Below, piece after piece: positions 7,567-17,378 of a stretch of DNA of 64,000 bases. Position numbers and translations under genes: made by a program. The first letter of the stretch is position 1; every line of letters starts with the position of its first letter. Origin of the DNA: an uncultured virus (IMG/VR IMGVR_UViG_3300020385_000009) (taxonomy: Duplodnaviria; Heunggongvirae; Uroviricota; Caudoviricetes); IMG/VR virus record IMGVR_UViG_3300020385_000009; one strand, given 5' to 3'. The notes beneath the pieces were generated by a model. The model had not been told where the DNA came from and ran no database searches. It saw only the letters and a list, made by a program, of their open reading frames with translations.

Positions 7567-9278
7567 TATCCGTCGCAACTTACACAATCAACTGTTCTAC
7601 TTCCTAAATCACCTTTTATTACTGAATCTGTTCGTAAGTAATACAGTGTTTTTACTCCTAACTTCCATGCTTCTAAATGAACTTGATTAATCCATTTTGG
7701 TGAGTCGGTTGGTGCAAAAGCTAAATTAAGTGATTGTGTTTGGTCTATATATTTTTGTCTAACTGCCGCTTGTTGAACTAATGCTAGTTGATTTGTTTCA
7801 GCAAATGTTAAAAATACTTCTTTGTCTTCTTCAGGTAAAATTTCATTTGACAAATGTTGAACTGAACCACCATCTACTAAAATTTGATCCCAAACTTTTT
7901 CTGTATTAAATCCTCTTTCTGTAAGTAATTTTTCAAGTTCTTTGTTTTTAACAATAAATGTACCTTTTGCACCATTAAATGTGTAAACATTTGCTGGTTG
8001 TGGTTCAATCCCCGCAGAACATCCTGAAATGCGACTGTTTGAAACAGTAGGCGCAATTGCCATTACGTGAGTGTTTCTCATACCTGTTCCTTTACACCAC
8101 AGCGGCTCTCCATATTCTACAGCTAATTTTCTTGATGCTGCTTCAGCTTCCATTTTAACTTTAGACATTATTGTGTGTGTCCAAGCTGTTGAGGCAATTG
8201 ATGTAAATGGTAAATTTTTCTTTTGTAAAAATGTATGCCACCCCATTACACCTAATCCTAATGCACGACCTTTTTTAGCGTGATTGTGAGTACGTCTCAT
8301 TGCTTCTTTTCCGTTGGTTTTGTCAATAAATTCTTGCATTACACCATCCAAAAAGTAAGTGGCAATTTCAACCACATCTGTGTCTTTCCATTCATCATAT
8401 TTTGCTAAATTTAATGAACTTAAACAACATATAAATGAATGTTCTTCATCTGTGTGTAATGTTATCTCAGTACAAATATTTGTCATTGAAACATGAAGAT
8501 TATTCATCATATACGCAAGAGGATTGTCTTTATTGACATTGTCTTCAAACATAATGTAAGGTTCTCCTGTTTCCATTCTTGATTTAAGAATTTCTAACCA
8601 AATTGCCATTGCATCTTGATCTCTGTCATTTAATTTACGCATAAATGAATCATCTACAACTACACATTGATGTAAATTTAAACATTGACGATTTGGATCG
8701 CCTTTTGGTCTTCGAATTTGTAAGAATTCTTGGATGTCTGGATGATTAACATTTAAGTTAACAGATGCTGCTCCTCTACGAACATTACCTTGGTTGGTAG
8801 CAATAATTGAAGAATCGTAAATTTTACACCAAGGCACTACACCTTCAGACTTACCATTTCCTGTGATTTCTTCTCCTCTTGGTCTAATTCTAGAAACAGA
8901 AACACCAACACCCCCACCTGAAGCTGTTAATTTCATTAATTCAGCATTAGTTAAGCCAATTCCTCTAACAGAATCTGGAGTGTCTACACCAAAACATGAA
9001 ATAGGTAAACCTCTGTCTGTTCCTGTGTTTGACAATACAGGTGAGGCTAAACCAATCCAACCATTCCAAATATATTTGAAAAATTTAGATTCTAAATCAA
9101 GTCTATTTAATCTTATTGCAACTGCGTGTGCTACACGTTTGTATGCCTTTCTTGGTGTTTCTCCTGGTAAAAGATATCCTTTTGAAATTGTAGACAATGC
9201 TACTTCATCCATAAAATCGGGAAAATCTTTACCTCTCTCCCATTGAGAGTAATCTGCTACTAAACTGTTATTATCCAT
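7566..9278 (-). CDS. nrdA: Class I ribonucleotide reductase alpha subunit, no ATP cone
   Basis: ISCF, GGGVG, TNICTEI, CCLSSLN, APTVS, KTLYYLR, C-terminal CVSCDG. Confidence 0.96.
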   Translation of the reverse strand: MDNNSLVADYSQWERGKDFPDFMDEVALSTISKGYLLPGETPRKAYKRVAHAVAIRLNRLDLESKFFKYIWNGWIGLASPVLSNTGTDRGLPISCFGVDTPDSVRGIGLTNAELMKLTASGGGVGVSVSRIRPRGEEITGNGKSEGVVPWCKIYDSSIIATNQGNVRRGAASVNLNVNHPDIQEFLQIRRPKGDPNRQCLNLHQCVVVDDSFMRKLNDRDQDAMAIWLEILKSRMETGEPYIMFEDNVNKDNPLAYMMNNLHVSMTNICTEITLHTDEEHSFICCLSSLNLAKYDEWKDTDVVEIATYFLDGVMQEFIDKTNGKEAMRRTHNHAKKGRALGLGVMGWHTFLQKKNLPFTSIASTAWTHTIMSKVKMEAEAASRKLAVEYGEPLWCKGTGMRNTHVMAIAPTVSNSRISGCSAGIEPQPANVYTFNGAKGTFIVKNKELEKLLTERGFNTEKVWDQILVDGGSVQHLSNEILPEEDKEVFLTFAETNQLALVQQAAVRQKYIDQTQSLNLAFAPTDSPKWINQVHLEAWKLGVKTLYYLRTDSVIKGDLGSRTVDCVSCDG

Positions 9279-9287
9279 TGTATTTCT

Positions 9288-10274
9288 TTAAAATATTGAT
9301 GCTGCGTCCCATTCCATTGTTCCTTTGCTGTAATTTGTTACTCTGTTTGCAAAGAAATCTGTGTGTTGTTTACCTGCAGATAAATGGTCAAACCATTTCA
9401 TTCTACCTACAGCTGTCATGTCAACATTGTCTATTATAGGTGCATAACCTAAATCTCCTAATTTTGTATTTACTCTGTTTTTAATAAAGTGAATTAAATC
9501 ATCTTTATTACATCCTTCTAAATCTCCAAATTCATAAACTTTTTCTATAAAATCAACTTCTAATTTTAAAGATAAAAGGGCAGCTTCATTTATTGCTGCT
9601 TCTAATTCTGGAGTATTTAATTCGGGGTGTTCTAATAAAAGGGTTCTGAACAGCCAACAACCTGCGTCAGAATGCATTGATTCATCTCGAATTGACCATT
9701 CTACAATTTGTCCTACTCCTTTTAGTTTATTACGCATTTTAAATGACAATAAAACGGCAAAAGAACTGAATAAATTAACTCCCTCGGTGAATGCACTAAA
9801 TATAGCGAGTGACTTTGCTCTCTCGTGCCAATCAATTTCTCCATCAAAGCTGTCTCTTACATCCATTAATGTTTCAATTTTGGCCATTGTAGCTTCATCT
9901 TCCATAAATTCACTAAAGTCATCAAGACCCAATTCTTCATTTAATAAAGAATATGCTTCTGCGTGGATAGTTTCCATAGCACCAAATGTGGTTGCCATTG
10001 CAATAATTTCAGGTTTACGAAACCATTTTGTAACTAATCCTGTCCAATAGTCATTTACTACTGTTTCAGTTTGGGCAAAACCTTTTAAAATAGAACCTAT
10101 AATATTTTTTTCTGTCTTTGTTAAATTTTGTTTCCAATCATTAACGTCTGACATCATAGGTACCTCTGTGTGGATCCAGTGTGCTTGTTGTTGTTTTAAC
10201 CAATAATCATGAGCCTCTGGGTATTCAAAGGGTTTGTAAACGATGCGCTCAGTGAGCAAATCTTTCTTTGCCAT
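9288..10274 (-). CDS. nrdB: Class I ribonucleotide reductase beta subunit
   Basis: YKPFEYP, ETIHAEAY, EGVNLFSSF, RDESMH, DFFANRVTNY. Confidence 0.96.
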   Translation of the reverse strand: MAKKDLLTERIVYKPFEYPEAHDYWLKQQQAHWIHTEVPMMSDVNDWKQNLTKTEKNIIGSILKGFAQTETVVNDYWTGLVTKWFRKPEIIAMATTFGAMETIHAEAYSLLNEELGLDDFSEFMEDEATMAKIETLMDVRDSFDGEIDWHERAKSLAIFSAFTEGVNLFSSFAVLLSFKMRNKLKGVGQIVEWSIRDESMHSDAGCWLFRTLLLEHPELNTPELEAAINEAALLSLKLEVDFIEKVYEFGDLEGCNKDDLIHFIKNRVNTKLGDLGYAPIIDNVDMTAVGRMKWFDHLSAGKQHTDFFANRVTNYSKGTMEWDAASIF

Positions 10275-10345
10275 TGTTTTTTCTTTAAAAAGTGAATAAA
10301 TATATTAATTTCTAAGAAACCTAAATTAATCTACCAAACAAAAAT

Positions 10346-10364
10346 GAAGGCCTTTTGAGCCTTC
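10346..10364 (-). terminator. Probable intrinsic terminator after the helicase gene
   Basis: GAAGGC-N7-GCCTTC followed by ATTTTTG on the minus strand. Confidence 0.55.
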
Positions 10365-10399
10365 TTTTTAATCGAAATTATGTGAATATACATACCAAA

Positions 10400-11755
10400 C
10401 TAAGAAGTAAAATTAAAAGCATTTCCAGCATTTTGCAAATTTCTTCTGTCTCTTTGTGAAAAACCTCCGGGTGTAGAGGGAGAATTATCTTGGTCAGAAT
10501 TTCCTGATCTTCTGTTTGTAACCTCTATTTTACCAATCGCGGCATCCATTGTGGAATTAAAAGTCATACCGTCAGCGCCATATCTATTCTTCATAATATG
10601 CCAACGACCTGTTCCGTTTTCTTTGTCTTCATGATTTCTAGATAAAGACATTGCAAAATCTGTAATCATCATTTTAGAATAGCTTTCTGCCATACGATCT
10701 CCTTGGATAATGTCTTCTCTTGCACCAGTTCTGTTAACTTGAGATGCTGTCCAAATTGGTAATTTCATTTGAGTTGCTAAACCTCTTAATCCAGTGTAAA
10801 TGTCATCGAGTTTATCTCTTTTTTCTTTACTTGATTTAGATGTTAAAAGATCAGCATAATCTACAATTACTAAGTCAGGATTAATACCTTGTTGGATACA
10901 ATTTTCTAGATGTGCATGAATTGTATTTACTGTAGCTTGTCCTGCTGGGTATTCTCTAATGTAAAGACCACCTCTTAAACCTAATAATCTTTCTTCTACT
11001 ATGTCTTTATTGTCAGGTAAATCTCCTACAGGTATTTCTGTAAAATTAGCATCATATCTTCTACCAACATATTTTTCACCTAATTCTAAAGTATAGTGGA
11101 TTACTGTGTATCCTAATTTGACTGCTTGTGCACCAATAGCTACTAAAGCCCATGATTTACCACCACCAGGACCACCTGCTATCATTCCTAAATCTCCTCT
11201 TCCTAAACCACCTAATAGTAATGTATTAATAGCAGGCCATGGTGTTTCTATTGTAGATCTACTTTCTGCTCTATATCTGTCTTCTATTTCAGCAATATAT
11301 TCATGACCTAAATCACGTTCAACACCTGCTTTAAGTGCTTTGTCAATTAAATTACGAATGTCATCATAATCACCCAATTCTAATAAATCTACAGATCTAA
11401 TTAAAGCATTTTTTAGTGTTTGATTTTTACAGAAGTCAAGAAAAGTATCTTTAATATATTCAAGATCTTTTACTTGTGATGATTTGTATGTTTCTTTTAA
11501 TTGTTCTTTTACAGCAACTGCTTGGACTTCATTTTGAATTCCTTCAACTTCAACCTTAAACACCTCCATTGTAGGTATAGTATGATATTCATTAAAATAA
11601 GTAAGTGTTTTACGAACAATCCATTTACTTGCGTCAGAATCAAAATAATCAGGAGACACAATGTCTGATGACTGTTGTAGGAAATCCCTATCCGTTACCA
11701 ACGCAGCTAATGCTTTTGTTTGAAACGGGTGACCATATTGTGTGAGTTTATTCAT
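10400..11755 (-). CDS. Replicative SF4 DNA helicase (T4 gp41/DnaB-like)
   Basis: GGPGGGKS, YTLEL, IVDYADLL, TASQVNR, KNRYG. Confidence 0.93.
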   Translation of the reverse strand: MNKLTQYGHPFQTKALAALVTDRDFLQQSSDIVSPDYFDSDASKWIVRKTLTYFNEYHTIPTMEVFKVEVEGIQNEVQAVAVKEQLKETYKSSQVKDLEYIKDTFLDFCKNQTLKNALIRSVDLLELGDYDDIRNLIDKALKAGVERDLGHEYIAEIEDRYRAESRSTIETPWPAINTLLLGGLGRGDLGMIAGGPGGGKSWALVAIGAQAVKLGYTVIHYTLELGEKYVGRRYDANFTEIPVGDLPDNKDIVEERLLGLRGGLYIREYPAGQATVNTIHAHLENCIQQGINPDLVIVDYADLLTSKSSKEKRDKLDDIYTGLRGLATQMKLPIWTASQVNRTGAREDIIQGDRMAESYSKMMITDFAMSLSRNHEDKENGTGRWHIMKNRYGADGMTFNSTMDAAIGKIEVTNRRSGNSDQDNSPSTPGGFSQRDRRNLQNAGNAFNFTS

Positions 11756-12779
11756 GTGTTGATTGGGCGTAACTATTTAATTTTACAAAATGTTGTGTTA
11801 ACCATGCATCAGGAATTTGCAAAGCATTTCCCATACAATCGTTATTATACATTATAATAAAATCATTTCGGGAGAGCAAATCTATTGGACGACTTATCAT
11901 TTCACGAATTTGTCGTTTTAATTCTCCTGAAATTGGTGGATTTTTCAAATCCATTATCTTTTCATTTATTTCTAATTGATGCTCCGACGCCACAATTCTG
12001 TCATGCATAGGTTCTTCCCCTTCTAAAGCCTCTTGAACGATGGAATCTAAATCCAAGATTTTTTCGGTAATAATGTCAGGAACAATTTTGGGTAATTTTT
12101 TAGGACCTAATCCTTTAATTCCCTCAATATTGTCTGACTTATCTCCCATTAGAACTTTATACATTAAGAAATTGTGAGCCGGTACACCATAATCCTTCAT
12201 TACTAAATCGGGTGTGTAGAATTTTTTCTTAATAGGACTCCATACTGTAACACGTTCATTTACTAATTGAAGAAAATCTTGGTCTGCTGACATGATTGTT
12301 ACCTCTTTTTCTAGTAAATTATTTGTAATGTACGCTATGGTGTCATCAGCTTCAATATTATCTATTTGAATGACATTAATAGGAAGAACCTTTAAATATT
12401 GGATTAGACGTTCTATTTGGCTTTTTTGTGAAGCATGTTCTTCTTCATAATTTTTCCAAGCATCCCACCTTGTCATACGTTTACCAGGTTTTCTGTTGTT
12501 CTTATAACTTGGTAGGATTTTTCTACGTCTGGTGCTTCCACCTTTTCCATCAAATGCAATTACAACCCTAGTAGGGTTAACTTCCCTTATGGAAAGTGCT
12601 AGAGATTTTAAAAATCCCATTACACCCCCTATAGGAATTCCATTGTCATTTAACATTCCATTTACAGAAAAGTTCCTAAGAAAAAGGTTTAATCCATCGA
12701 TTATTAATACTCTTGAATTAGGGTCTGTAGTGTCTACTTCCTTAACATCATTTAAAATGTCAAATATTGATTCTGCCAT
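11748..12779 (-). CDS. 5'-3' flap exonuclease (T4 RNase H / PolI N-domain-like)
   Basis: IIDGLN, FDG, EADD, SADQDF, GDKSDNIEGIKGLGPK. Confidence 0.93.
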   Translation of the reverse strand: MAESIFDILNDVKEVDTTDPNSRVLIIDGLNLFLRNFSVNGMLNDNGIPIGGVMGFLKSLALSIREVNPTRVVIAFDGKGGSTRRRKILPSYKNNRKPGKRMTRWDAWKNYEEEHASQKSQIERLIQYLKVLPINVIQIDNIEADDTIAYITNNLLEKEVTIMSADQDFLQLVNERVTVWSPIKKKFYTPDLVMKDYGVPAHNFLMYKVLMGDKSDNIEGIKGLGPKKLPKIVPDIITEKILDLDSIVQEALEGEEPMHDRIVASEHQLEINEKIMDLKNPPISGELKRQIREMISRPIDLLSRNDFIIMYNNDCMGNALQIPDAWLTQHFVKLNSYAQSTHE

Positions 12780-13918
12780 TATATTCCAGTTTCGTCGATT
12801 TGTACGTCAGGATCCATTACTTGTTCATCTTCATGTTGATATTTCATAACATATGAATCGCAAGTGTCTTTATACATTTGTTCTTTTACTTCTGGTCTTT
12901 CCTCACACAATTGTTGTAATTCTTTACCATAAAATGTAATAATTTCTCCTGTTGATGTGTCTGTGTATTTACAGATAGGTCCTGACTGTTTAACTACTTT
13001 GTAGTTTTTCATCAATTTTAACCATCCACCATAATCGTCAATACCTTGTCTGTAAAATACATTGTATCGAATTTTACGGTTTGGGGGTCCCATTCTGTTT
13101 TTTACAACAATAGCTTCAACCTCAGAACCAACAATTTCTTCAACACCGTTGATTTTTTCCTTTAATTTACCTACTTGTTTAAGACGTAATCTTACTGAAG
13201 CATGGAATTGTAAGGCTTTACCACCTGATGTTGTGTATTGATCTGCAAATGGCATTGCGCCCATCTTTTGTCTTAGTTGGTTTGTAAATACTAATAGTAT
13301 TTTTTCTTTACCAATTAAATTAGTGATTTTACGCATTGCTTTTGACAAGATGATTGCCTTATGTGTGGCATAACCATCTTTTTCAAAATCAGCTGCTGAT
13401 TCAATTTTAGTTGTTGCTGCTGCAACTGAATCTACTACAATTGTGACTAATTTGTCTGGGTTGTTTTCTCTAACTTGTGAAATTACATTTTCAATTGCAT
13501 CAAAAATGTCTTCTACTGTTTCAAGAGGTAAATAAACCATTTTTTCAACGTCAACTCCAATTGCTTGCAGGAATTGTGCATTTAAAGAAGATTCAGTGTC
13601 AATGTAAATTGCAATACCACCCTTCTTTTGGGTGTTTGCTATAATGTGAGATGCTAACAGGGACTTACCACTCTGTTCTAATCCAGTTATCTCTACAATT
13701 TTTGAAACTGGAAAACCACCATTAGGGCGATTAGAAATAGCCAAATCTAATACTGTGGATCCTGTGGACACCCAATCGTCTACATCTGTTGGTGAGTCTT
13801 CACTACCATCTAGAAAGTAAGCGACTTTGTGGTGGGTCTTGCTAAACTTTTTATTAAGAGATTCTGCAAGAAGCCCTGTTAATTCATCTCGATTTGAGTC
13901 TGTTTTTTTCTTAGCCAT
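12779..13918 (-). CDS. recA: RecA/UvsX recombinase
   Basis: STGSTVLD, GLEQSGKS, IDTE, VVDSVAA, NQLR, GGKALQFHASVRL, KNR. Confidence 0.93.
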   Translation of the reverse strand: MAKKKTDSNRDELTGLLAESLNKKFSKTHHKVAYFLDGSEDSPTDVDDWVSTGSTVLDLAISNRPNGGFPVSKIVEITGLEQSGKSLLASHIIANTQKKGGIAIYIDTESSLNAQFLQAIGVDVEKMVYLPLETVEDIFDAIENVISQVRENNPDKLVTIVVDSVAAATTKIESAADFEKDGYATHKAIILSKAMRKITNLIGKEKILLVFTNQLRQKMGAMPFADQYTTSGGKALQFHASVRLRLKQVGKLKEKINGVEEIVGSEVEAIVVKNRMGPPNRKIRYNVFYRQGIDDYGGWLKLMKNYKVVKQSGPICKYTDTSTGEIITFYGKELQQLCEERPEVKEQMYKDTCDSYVMKYQHEDEQVMDPDVQIDETGI

Positions 13919-14670
13919 TAATCAAAAAGATTATCTAATTTTTTATTGATGTCTACTTTACCTTGTGGTTGAACTTTTTCAGTTTCTTTACCTCCGTCTT
14001 CATCTGAAGGCTTTAACCATCCTTGTAAAATGTCTTTCATTTCGTCAAATTCATATCTTTTATATAAACCAACAATGTCTTTTTGGTTTTCTAAAAGTGA
14101 TTCAACTGTAGTAGCTTCTGCTTCTAATGGCGTTTGGTTAGGCTTAACACGAACTGTTGTTGTGTTGAACATTTTACCAGTTTCTTTAGCAGGAATTACT
14201 TCAACAGTAATGTCACGACCACTTGCAACATCTGTAATGTCACCATAATCTTCATCAGCCATTACACCAAGTAATTCTTGATATACCATTTTACCGAATT
14301 CCCAAAAACGTACACCTTTATCTTCTTCACCACGTACATAAACTGGGGCAAATACACGAAGTTTAGGGAATAATTTCTTAGCTAATTCCATGTTGGTTTG
14401 ATCACCTGACTTACGTAATTTTGTAGCAAATTCCAAAATTGGATCTGTTGTGTCGAAATTAGACAATGCTAACATACGAGGTTTACCAATTCCAAAGTAG
14501 AAATATAATTCACTAAATGGGAAGTCTTTGTTGTGCTTGTAAGGTACAATGCGCACTTGTGATTTTGTACCTTCTTTCGGCTTCCAGAAATTTAAAGAGT
14601 AATCTGTTTTCTTACCACCACCTTTGTTGTTTAGACTTGCTAAACGATTTTTGATTTCATCTAAATTCAT
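13918..14670 (-). CDS. ssDNA-binding protein (T4 gp32-like)
   Basis: FWKP, VRIVP, GRDITV, acidic tail LDNLFD; next to RecA. Confidence 0.8.
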   Translation of the reverse strand: MNLDEIKNRLASLNNKGGGKKTDYSLNFWKPKEGTKSQVRIVPYKHNKDFPFSELYFYFGIGKPRMLALSNFDTTDPILEFATKLRKSGDQTNMELAKKLFPKLRVFAPVYVRGEEDKGVRFWEFGKMVYQELLGVMADEDYGDITDVASGRDITVEVIPAKETGKMFNTTTVRVKPNQTPLEAEATTVESLLENQKDIVGLYKRYEFDEMKDILQGWLKPSDEDGGKETEKVQPQGKVDINKKLDNLFD

Positions 14671-14718
14671 AATTTGAATCTTTATTATTAAAAAGGGTTA
14701 ATTGTTTTTACTTTAGTA

Positions 14719-14748
14719 AATATACAAAAGTTATTTGGCTAAACCAAG
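14719..14748 (-). promoter_or_regulatory. Putative class I promoter upstream of the SSB-RecA-exonuclease-helicase block
   Basis: CTTGG-N16-TTGTATATT. Confidence 0.55.
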
Positions 14749-14764
14749 TTTATTTTAGGGAATT

Positions 14765-15160
14765 TTAAGAAATGTTAATTATTTCTCTTACTTTAGTGTC
14801 GATGCGTTTATAACCGTCGGTTTGTATTAACAGAATACAATTTCTATAATCATTCCAATTTACAGCATACGACTTGTCTAAATAACCATTATTCAAACTC
14901 TTTATCAATTCATTTAAAGCATTTATTGTGTAAAGAGTATTTGTTTGTTTTTTTCTGTGTACTAATATTGTGTTACTTACTAAAAATTCACTACTTGAAT
15001 TACCCATATCAACGTTATATGTAAGCATAACTTTTTCCCCATCCAAGCTTTCTAGGACAAAAATTTTATTAAAAAGTATAGAATAAGAAGATTTAATTCT
15101 GTCAACTGTATTTTCAATATTTTCTTCGGGAACGAATGTGCAATATAAGCGATTATTCAT
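14765..15160 (-). CDS. Hypothetical phage protein
   Basis: 131-aa ORF preceded by a TATTTAT motif. Confidence 0.7.
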   Translation of the reverse strand: MNNRLYCTFVPEENIENTVDRIKSSYSILFNKIFVLESLDGEKVMLTYNVDMGNSSSEFLVSNTILVHRKKQTNTLYTINALNELIKSLNNGYLDKSYAVNWNDYRNCILLIQTDGYKRIDTKVREIINIS

Positions 15161-15199
15161 AAAAAACCATATATTAGTCCCACATAAATATAGAATAAT

Positions 15200-16489
15200 T
15201 TACAAAGCCTCCAACACATCATAATTTTTACCTACTTTAATTTTGATTGGGTGTTTTTTAGACACTATTTCCTTAATTTTTACAAGTGTTTCTTTACCAT
15301 CTTCCTTACTAAAATCAAATAAAAACGAATCATACACATATAATATTAAGGTAGATTTTTTGTCTTTTAAAAACTCATCTAATTCCTTAATTACCTGCAT
15401 ATTTGTTTCTGTTTCATATGATTGTATTAAATAATTAAACAATTGTTGGCGGGTTAGTTTTTCATGGTTTTTCTTCCAAATTCGTTTACCTAACGTAGTT
15501 TCAACATAACCAATACGATTAAACATTTCCCAATTTAAGTCTATATATTCTTGTGCTTTACTAAAATACGGATGGTGTAGGTTTTCTTTTCTAATTCCCC
15601 CATACATCTGCTTGAATGTATGTTCTTTAGGATTGATGTCAGGGTCGTTATAAACTTCGCTTAATTCTTCATAAACGTCGTCTTTAGTAAAAGAAAAGCC
15701 TACCATGTCCGCAATCAGTCGTGGATGATAACCACTATAGTCTATTTCTATTAGGAGGTCATTTTTAGGTTCAAATGACTTTCGCTCTCCCGTTTTGTGT
15801 TTTAAACCCATAAAACTTAATCCGTTAAAATTATTTACAGGCCTTCCGGTTGTTGTGTATGGATTATACCATCCGTATATATTATTGTCTTTAGTTGAAT
15901 GTTTGTCGCATGTTAATTTAAAGTATGTTTCAAAATGATCGTTAATCTTGATTGAATTTTTTTCTATGTGGTATAAACTTGGTAATATTATGTCGTTGTA
16001 TAATGGATCTACATTCTCGCTAAGTAGTGGAAGTAACGCATTTTTTCTTAACTCACACCGCTCGAAGTGTTTACCAATAGGAATCATTTTATTTACCTTT
16101 ATTTGTGGGAATTTACGGTAATAATGATTGTGTGCTTGTGTGTTAAACTTATCGTCGAATGGTAGGTTGGTTTGTTTGTAATGTAAGTGTTGTATATCCG
16201 TATGAGGGTTCGTGGGGTTGATATGTCGAGCTGCTTTTGAATCTTTTGTCAAAAATGACTTATTATTTACCCACTGCCAAACTTCATCTTTATCTAAATT
16301 AATACACTCTGGATGATTTAAGGCTAACATAAAGCCTTTACGATCTAATGAAGAAACGTATATAGCAATAACTTCTGCAAGGGCAGGGTGAGTATTGTCA
16401 TTTCCTAAGACATAGTCAATATAACACTTGTCTGTAAGAATATCGCACATTTCTGTGAATTGGTCCGGTGTTTCGATAAGATAGAACAT
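15200..16489 (-). CDS. Short family A polymerase-like protein
   Basis: TTTGRP, motif A IDYSGYHPR, motif B KEHTFKQMYG, NYLIQS, motif C YVYDSFLFD. Confidence 0.85.
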   Translation of the reverse strand: MFYLIETPDQFTEMCDILTDKCYIDYVLGNDNTHPALAEVIAIYVSSLDRKGFMLALNHPECINLDKDEVWQWVNNKSFLTKDSKAARHINPTNPHTDIQHLHYKQTNLPFDDKFNTQAHNHYYRKFPQIKVNKMIPIGKHFERCELRKNALLPLLSENVDPLYNDIILPSLYHIEKNSIKINDHFETYFKLTCDKHSTKDNNIYGWYNPYTTTGRPVNNFNGLSFMGLKHKTGERKSFEPKNDLLIEIDYSGYHPRLIADMVGFSFTKDDVYEELSEVYNDPDINPKEHTFKQMYGGIRKENLHHPYFSKAQEYIDLNWEMFNRIGYVETTLGKRIWKKNHEKLTRQQLFNYLIQSYETETNMQVIKELDEFLKDKKSTLILYVYDSFLFDFSKEDGKETLVKIKEIVSKKHPIKIKVGKNYDVLEAL

Positions 16490-16497
16490 ACCTTATC

Positions 16498-16527
16498 AAT
16501 GTACAAAAATTATTTTTAATAACCACC
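16498..16527 (-). promoter_or_regulatory. Putative class I promoter of the polA-like gene
   Basis: GTGG-N16-TTGTACATT ending 8 nt before the ATG. Confidence 0.45.
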
Positions 16528-17364
16528 TCCTCCACCAGAAGATTTATTTGTTGTTGGGGCTTCTGTCATATTTTGTGCCGTATCTTTCATTTGTTGTATT
16601 TGGATTTCAAAAAGATTTTGATTCATGAAATCTTTAATTGGTTGGGATTGATCTTGTAAATCTTGGCTATAATACAATGTAGCATGAGGTTTTTCTATAT
16701 GTTCGGCTCCTACCATAGGTACACCTTCATGTACATGGTATGGGCCTATATATTCTCTTCCATCTTCATAATATAATTCACCTCCAGGGGTTGTTAAAAT
16801 ACTATCTATTCTTTCAAATTCGTCTAATTTAGGAAAGATTATAGACACAAAAGGGAATGTTCTTTCTAATATCTGGAGGTTTATAGAGTTAGATGTGGTT
16901 GTTCCATTTTTTAAATTCCAGGTAAATGATCCTACTTCATATAAGTTAAAGTCGTATGTTTTTTTCCGTTGATTAATAGCATTAAATGTGTCTTGATCTA
17001 TTTCCATATAACCTCTAGGTTCATTTACTTTTCTAGTAAAATATCTTGTGTAGTAGCTTCTATTGTAGTCTTCTTCTGTGGGGATTGACTTTGAGGGGTA
17101 TATTGATTTTACTTGAGTTTGGAATTTTGTAGTTTGTGGCTTTAAATTACTGTATAATCTAGAGTCTCTATTATTACCTAATCTGTTAGTAGAGGGGGGT
17201 ATTATTAATTCTTCATTTAATTGTTTAGGATCACTTCCTACATAAAATTTTCCATTACTTAATTCAATGTAATCACCTACATAACCTTGATTAGTAGATT
17301 TTATTATAAATTCCCCACCAGGTGTGTTTAGTTTATTTATTTTTGATTTAGGTATGTATGTCAT
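16516..17364 (-). CDS. Hypothetical virion/baseplate-region protein
   Basis: Last gene of the baseplate block; duplicated TPGGE...Y.G.Y motif. Confidence 0.55.
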   Translation of the reverse strand: MTYIPKSKINKLNTPGGEFIIKSTNQGYVGDYIELSNGKFYVGSDPKQLNEELIIPPSTNRLGNNRDSRLYSNLKPQTTKFQTQVKSIYPSKSIPTEEDYNRSYYTRYFTRKVNEPRGYMEIDQDTFNAINQRKKTYDFNLYEVGSFTWNLKNGTTTSNSINLQILERTFPFVSIIFPKLDEFERIDSILTTPGGELYYEDGREYIGPYHVHEGVPMVGAEHIEKPHATLYYSQDLQDQSQPIKDFMNQNLFEIQIQQMKDTAQNMTEAPTTNKSSGGGGGY

Positions 17365-17378
17365 ATTTTTAGTTTTTG

